A stretch of DNA of 64,000 nucleotides. Origin: Porphyridium purpureum (lineage: Eukaryota). Position 1 is the first letter of the stretch. Every line of letters starts with the position of its first letter. Made by a program: the position numbers and the translations under genes. The stretch covers positions 434,001 through 498,000 of the forward strand of contig VRMN01000006.1 of NCBI GenBank assembly GCA_008690995.1, read 5' to 3'. Below are positions 58,581-64,000 of the stretch, piece by piece. The notes under the pieces were generated by a model. It did no database searches and was not told the origin of the DNA. It saw only the letters and a list, made by a program, of their open reading frames with translations.

Positions 58581-60254
58581 AACTAGTTGTGCCTGTGTCT
58601 ATGCTGCAAACAGAACTTCGAAATTCAGTGCGTAATGTGGGAGTACCTCGCGAGCGACACGTAGGACACATCTTGCAGGACTCCTGGGAAAGCAGATACG
58701 ATGGCCTACGGGGCGAGCGGCGCAGACAGTGCAGCCGGGTAACATAGCGTTTACCCTAGAGTCCTCTTCGATGGATCGTAAGCAAGTTCCTCTTCATCCA
58801 CGCGAAAGCGTACAGCCAAATGGAGGATAGAACGGAGGATGGAACATCGTCCTTAACACGAGAAGACAAACTGTGTAGTACGCGACTCCGAGCGCATCCC
58901 ATCAGCGGTTCGGTATGGAGTCATCGGTCCGGCAGCGTGTGCGATCCTTTACGGATGTTTCCTCAATTGGGTGTACTGGGAGGTACGCATGACTTCTGTT
59001 GAGGGTCGCGTGGCTGGGTTATTCCGAGAGTTGAAGCCATTCAGGCAATCCGTTGCGAGGCTCCCGGAAGATGGATATGAACCCAGAGCCAGCGCGAGCT
59101 GAACAAGTAAAAAAGCGAGGAAGAGGAGAACAAAAGACGTAGGATTGGAGAAGAAAAAAGAGAGAGAAGAAGCTCTGCTTGTGATAGGCTCATCGCTTTA
59201 CACGGCAGCAGCCATGCGGGATCTGCAAGGATCCTCCGATCAAACTTCACACGCGAACAAAGATCCTGAGAAAAGCACTGATGCAGCGAAAAGGACGGAC
59301 CAGAAGGGCCAAGCGCTTCTCGAAAAGACCGTATGCGCTTTTGAAGATGAAACGACCATAGTTGATGGCCATGAGTATTCGGACCGTGAAGGAAGCGAGA
59401 CGAATGATAAAGAATAGAAAGCAAGGAACTCGGAGGACGAGCAGCACTGGCCGACCACTGGTGCTGGCTCGATTAGGGCAGAAAGTATCCGCTAGCCTGA
59501 AGACGACGAGAAACAATTGCTGAGATAACACTTGACAGACCATTCGCAAAGATGCGCAGATCAGCTTGGATGAGACGGCCCAGTCATCAATTTGGCCTGT
59601 TAACAAAGCCTGTCAAAAGATGAAAGAATGGCCGTACGATCTGAAGAGGGCCTTGGAAAAGGAATCATCAGCACACGCGAAAGCCGAGACTTTTGACGTC
59701 CAAGAGATCATCGAGCACGACGACATCGAAGATGGCAATGCACAAGTAGCCCAGTTGAGGTTAATTCACCGCTTGAAAAATCAGGAGCTTGGCCCAATGA
59801 GGGCCACCAAAAGCACGCTGAAGCGTACCGGGCTGAACTCTGAGGCCAAGAGAAGGCGGTCAATTGATCCTGGTGAAGGAAGAGGTACAGCACGAGTGTC
59901 CCGGCGTCTTTACAAGTCCTGCGGCTGATCTTAAAGCTCGCTCCGTTGATATCAGGACACATGGATATCCGATATTGAATATACATACTTGCATGCTGCG
60001 CTGCTTGGTCTTGCCGTATACATGAGAGAGTCACAAGGTGTAGCAAAGGTCGGGCCCCGCAAAATGTGCCCCATTTGTCTGACTATGAAAAGCGCGCTAC
60101 AGCCTACCGCGATCAAAGGGAGACTGCGGTCAGTACGTGTAAGAGCAGCTGAAGAGACTAGAATGGACGCCCACCATTGCGGATCGTAACTTCTACGTGA
60201 GGAAATCAAGGGGCGATACAAACTCGCTGGCGCTTTTGTTAGGTAAGTTCAGTG

Positions 60255-60640
60255 AGGGTAAAGTTCCCCGAAGCTCCCAAAGGCGCAGCAAAGAGCTCAC
60301 AGGAGCGGATAAAGACCAGGCACTGCCACTCTCTTCGCGTCCCACGCCGGCCGATGGGGTTGCGCGCGTACCACCCGCTTGGTGGTGGCTAAAGGGAGTG
60401 ATGGGCGCCCGTACGCCCACGCGTTTTCTTGCCGATGTGTTTTCTTGCCGCCCCGCTTTGCAGCTCTCAACGCACAAAGGGGAACTCACTCTTTATTCCA
60501 CCGCACGCGTCTCTTGCCCTTTGCCTTCGAGCAAGCGAAATCCCTTCCACCGCCGATCTCTTCGCCAGTTTTATCCAATATGCTCTTATCAATGGTGCTC
60601 TACCCTGTCGACGAATACCAAGCGCAACGGTCAATGTTTC
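60255..60640. repeat. Copy 3 of the unclassified dispersed repeat
   Basis: AAAGTTCCC.GAAGCTC...AAAGAGCTCAC...GCGCGCGTACCACCCGCTTGGTG is shared with 58230-58580. Confidence 0.75.
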
Positions 60641-61832
60641 CTCGTATCATAATGTAAACCCCGTGGTTCTAGATCCCGCTCAAACTGCTGGTCGAGAAGG
60701 CGGGCGCACGTTCGCGCAGTGTGCGCTACATGCGCACGAGGAAGGCGCAGTATTCATGGAGCTGGCCAAAGCGGCCTGGAAGATGGCGAGCAGGGGAATG
60801 GATATGCGTCGGGCGCGTGTCCAGCAGATCGGCGCAGAAACAAAAGTCTCCAGAGACACGCGTCAGGTCAACGCGCTCTTTCCAGTGAGTGTAAAAGGAG
60901 CACATGACAGCAGTCGTGTGCACGAGCTAGCGGCAAGAAAAGGCAGGAAACTGTGCGAGTCTAAATCAGTAAAAGGATCACGGCTTGTCGTCGATTTGGG
61001 ATCAGGCTTGCGACGCGGGTGCAGGAACTTTGAGTGGGACACAGGCCAGGTGGGCTTCTGTGTTGGTGTGAGGAGTGTGGTGGCTGCGGGTTCAGTACTC
61101 AGCAAAGTTCTGAATCAGCGTTGCCACATCACGGTTTGGATGCTTGTGGGAGCGCGCGGGTCGCTCTCGTACGAGGTCGGGTAGCCTGTAACCAGGGCAA
61201 CGTGGGGGAGGGGTGCCAACTCGGGCGGCTTTGGCGTCCTGTTTGGAGTTGGGTGGCCGCAAAAAATTGCTCTGAGTCGCTTGAAACTTCTGCTTTGGCT
61301 CTGCATGTGTAACCGGCTGGTTCCAACCCAGTCGTTCGATGAGGCTGTTGTTGATTCCTTCAAATTGGTTCATAATCTAAATAATGTCCGGACGTCGGTC
61401 GGATACTTTGGGAGACGTGGCCGGACGTCCAACTGTGGCTAACATCACGGCCGATGTGGTGGCTCTTTAAGCACGCATACAGCTGATCACGTCCGGCCAG
61501 AAACAGATGTGCATAAGTGTTGGCCATACGCGTGAACGCATAGACATCATCATGCAGCGCCTCGAGACGCAGAGGGACGAGTCCGCAGTTTCGTACCGAG
61601 CGGGATCGCGATGCACGGCCAAGTGCCTTCGCCCTTTCGGATGACGGTATCGGCGGGCATCGGTGGTTTGAGCCTGTTGAAGATGTCTGAAGAGGATTTG
61701 CGGCTCATCAAGCCTGAGCAGGAGATGGAGAGGTCAGTGATCCGCGAGATGAAAGTCTCGTGCAATCACTGTGCTCGTGATCTCAGGTTTGACACCACAC
61801 GTTTGAACCTGGGTGAAAGCGTGTCGCCAGCT

Positions 61833-62113
61833 TGTCACGGACGGTCCTCTCAAGCGACCGCCGTCTTTCGCAGTATAAGTCTCTCCTCTCTCTCTTTTCT
61901 CCTTCAACGCCCGTGCTGTCTTTTGTGACCTCTCTTGTCGTATATACGGATCATGCCTACCATCAATTTAACGGTTCCTTGCACCGACTTCGTTCAGCGC
62001 CCTGATGTGCACGCTTTGGACCGTTAAAACCAGTAGACCGATAATCTCACCAACGGTTACGCCGTTTCGCGATGAAATCGCTGAACCATTACCATCTTTC
62101 GGGTCCCGTGACA
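61833..62113 (-). mobile_element. A-family solo LTR (diverged, flanks do not match)
   Basis: Similar to 4008-4289; flanks are AGCT and AGTG. Confidence 0.9.
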
Positions 62114-64000
62114 AGTGTGGACTCTCGATCAACTACCAGGCGCGCTGGTGCTCCAAAAGGTGTAACTCAGAGCTTGAATATATCTCGCGCATGTTCCGCA
62201 TACGTCGCGTCCTCCTTGACCGGCTGCACCACGGTTAGCTTTGTACCCGCACACACTATCTGAAGGACCTTGATCTTTGGACGCTCGGGGAATTCTTCTA
62301 GGAACACAAAGCCCGCAAACATCACATGATTCAAGCTTGTTTCAACTTCTGCTGCTTCGCTGAACGGATTGCGTCGCCCCGCATACCACTTGCACACATG
62401 ACAATCATCGCATATGCGTCGTAAAGTCACACGGTCTCCCGCAGTCACTTCTTCCGCCGCGCGCCGTAAGAGACTGTCGATTTTGCGATGGTGAGCGTGT
62501 CCGAACCTTTTATGCAAGGTCCTCAGCTCATCTGCTGTGTAACAAATAGCAAGCTCTGCCCGAGATTCTACACGATAAGGCCCTACGACAACGATATGCC
62601 CTCCGTGTTGTGCAAGTTTGATGGTTCATGTGCCGCACGTGCTCTGCAGCCTCCACGGGTCGGGGAGAAGTGCCAGATTCTGCCTTTTCATGAACTCAAG
62701 GTCCAGAATCATGGGAAGCTCTGCGTCACATGTGCTATCGTCGAATACAACGATTGACGCCTCTAGAAAGTACTTCCCTGTCTGTTCTGCGATTCTCACG
62801 TTTGCGCGCCCGATGCTTGTCAGTCGCTTTCCCCGTGTGACACTTTCTGTATCTAGTGGTTCAAGATTTTCATGGTTGCCAGTGACCTCGCAGAATGCTC
62901 GCCACTGCCTTAGTCCTGTGTCGCGAGCGACCTGATGCAGGTCTCAGTACAGCGAGTACGCAGAGGTACAGTCCCTAAGTGTACTGAAAGTACAGCTGTG
63001 GGTGTACCGTGTGGTACAGCTGAGTTATGTTGAGGGCCGCGGGATTGGGTTATTCCGAGGGCTGAACCCGCCGGGCAAGCCGTTGCGGCGCCGGAAGGCG
63101 GGTATAAAACAGAGCGAGCGGCAGCCGAACGAAGAAAAAAGGCTAGGAAGAAGAGAGTAGGTAGAGGAGGAGAGAAGAAGAAGTAAAGAAAAGAAGCTCC
63201 GTTTGTGACACCTGCGACGTCCCCAAGCGAGCCCGTGTCGACGACCAGTCCACGGAATTTCGCCTCGTGGATTGTCAACACCGTGTTAACTCCCCTCGCG
63301 GCGTCCATCATCACCGCGAGTACTGATAGCTCCGGACTTGCACTTTCATCGCTCGACGATTCGGATCCGGAGGATTCTTCTTTTTCTAAGGCGTGTACAG
63401 CCGATGCCGGAGGAAACCCGGCCTTCTTCCGCCTGCAATAAGGTTCAGTATGTCCGTCTCGCTTGCAGTGCGTGCAGAAGCGCTTGACTTGGCGCGGTCC
63501 TCGAGGCGAGTTTTCATTCTATGCCTTCTCCGGTTCCTTCTCCGGTTCTTTCTCTTGTACGTTTAGCGCGAGTGCACGAACCGCACTCGACAGTTCCTCG
63601 ATGGATAAGACTTTGTCGCTCTCCGAGTAGCGGCCCGGTTTTCCCGCGAACGCGCTCATAGTCAAGGCACGGATGCGCAATTGCGCCGTCGTATACTCCG
63701 AAGTCTCGTCTACGATACAGACTGCTGAACCGAACACAGATGTTTCTGCGAGCGCTGTTGTCATAGGATTCAGATAAATCTCCGTGGAGATATTGTCGCC
63801 CACGTCGTCTCTTATTTCATTGATTTTCCGAACGATCGATTCGAAGCTCTTGAAGCTGCTTGCGGTGCCGAAGCCGAAAGAAAGCTTCCGGTGAGCTGAA
63901 AGGATGACTGCGCGTGGAACGTAGTGTGCTTCAACGCGTGCCACGATTTGGGGGGTACCCCAATCGTCCGCTCGTGTCCCAGACCCCAAGCGTTCAAAAC
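62114..64000 (-). mobile_element. Element I: decayed Ty1/Copia element (gag-PR-IN part)
   Basis: Knuckle CTHCKRDGHTEPYC (~63435-63476); protease LVVDTGS; integrase HKRFGH...CDDCHVC and KIKVLQIVCAGT. Confidence 0.8.
62919..63210 (+). mobile_element. B-family solo LTR
   Basis: 292-bp near-identical reverse complement of 31935-32226; 4-bp TSD CCTG. Confidence 0.96.

Noticed and set aside
61410..61500. TGGCCGGACGT/ACGTCCGGCCA inverted repeat as a MITE
   Set aside because: Short, single copy, no TSD.

Overview
Eukaryotic, transposon-dense window. It is probably from an alga; red-algal affinity is only a weak inference from the rDNA and a transit-peptide-like N-terminus. A very GC-rich island (~18.6-28.5 kb) holds one complete 18S-5.8S-28S rDNA unit, head-to-head with a PLP-dependent 'aluminium-resistance/methionine gamma-lyase' family gene. 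Both flanks are nests of LTR retrotransposons: three intact Ty3/Gypsy elements (A 4008-10506 and B 31935-38160, both with chromodomains, and C 43958-49410), a near-intact element D (49807-54716), several decayed elements, solo LTRs and a Tc1/Tc3-like relic. Two things stand out. (1) A hybrid family (D plus decayed relatives E, F, G) joins a Gypsy-type PBS/Gag/protease and -1 frameshift to a Copia-order IN-RT-RNaseH. It has a compact HHCC motif, a Cys-rich domain after the integrase, a Myb-like domain in one member, and LTRs ending 5'-C...G-3' instead of TG...CA. (2) Chromoviruses A and B have no tRNA primer-binding site. At the identical position each has a covarying 12-bp perfect palindrome, which suggests tRNA-independent priming or dimerisation.
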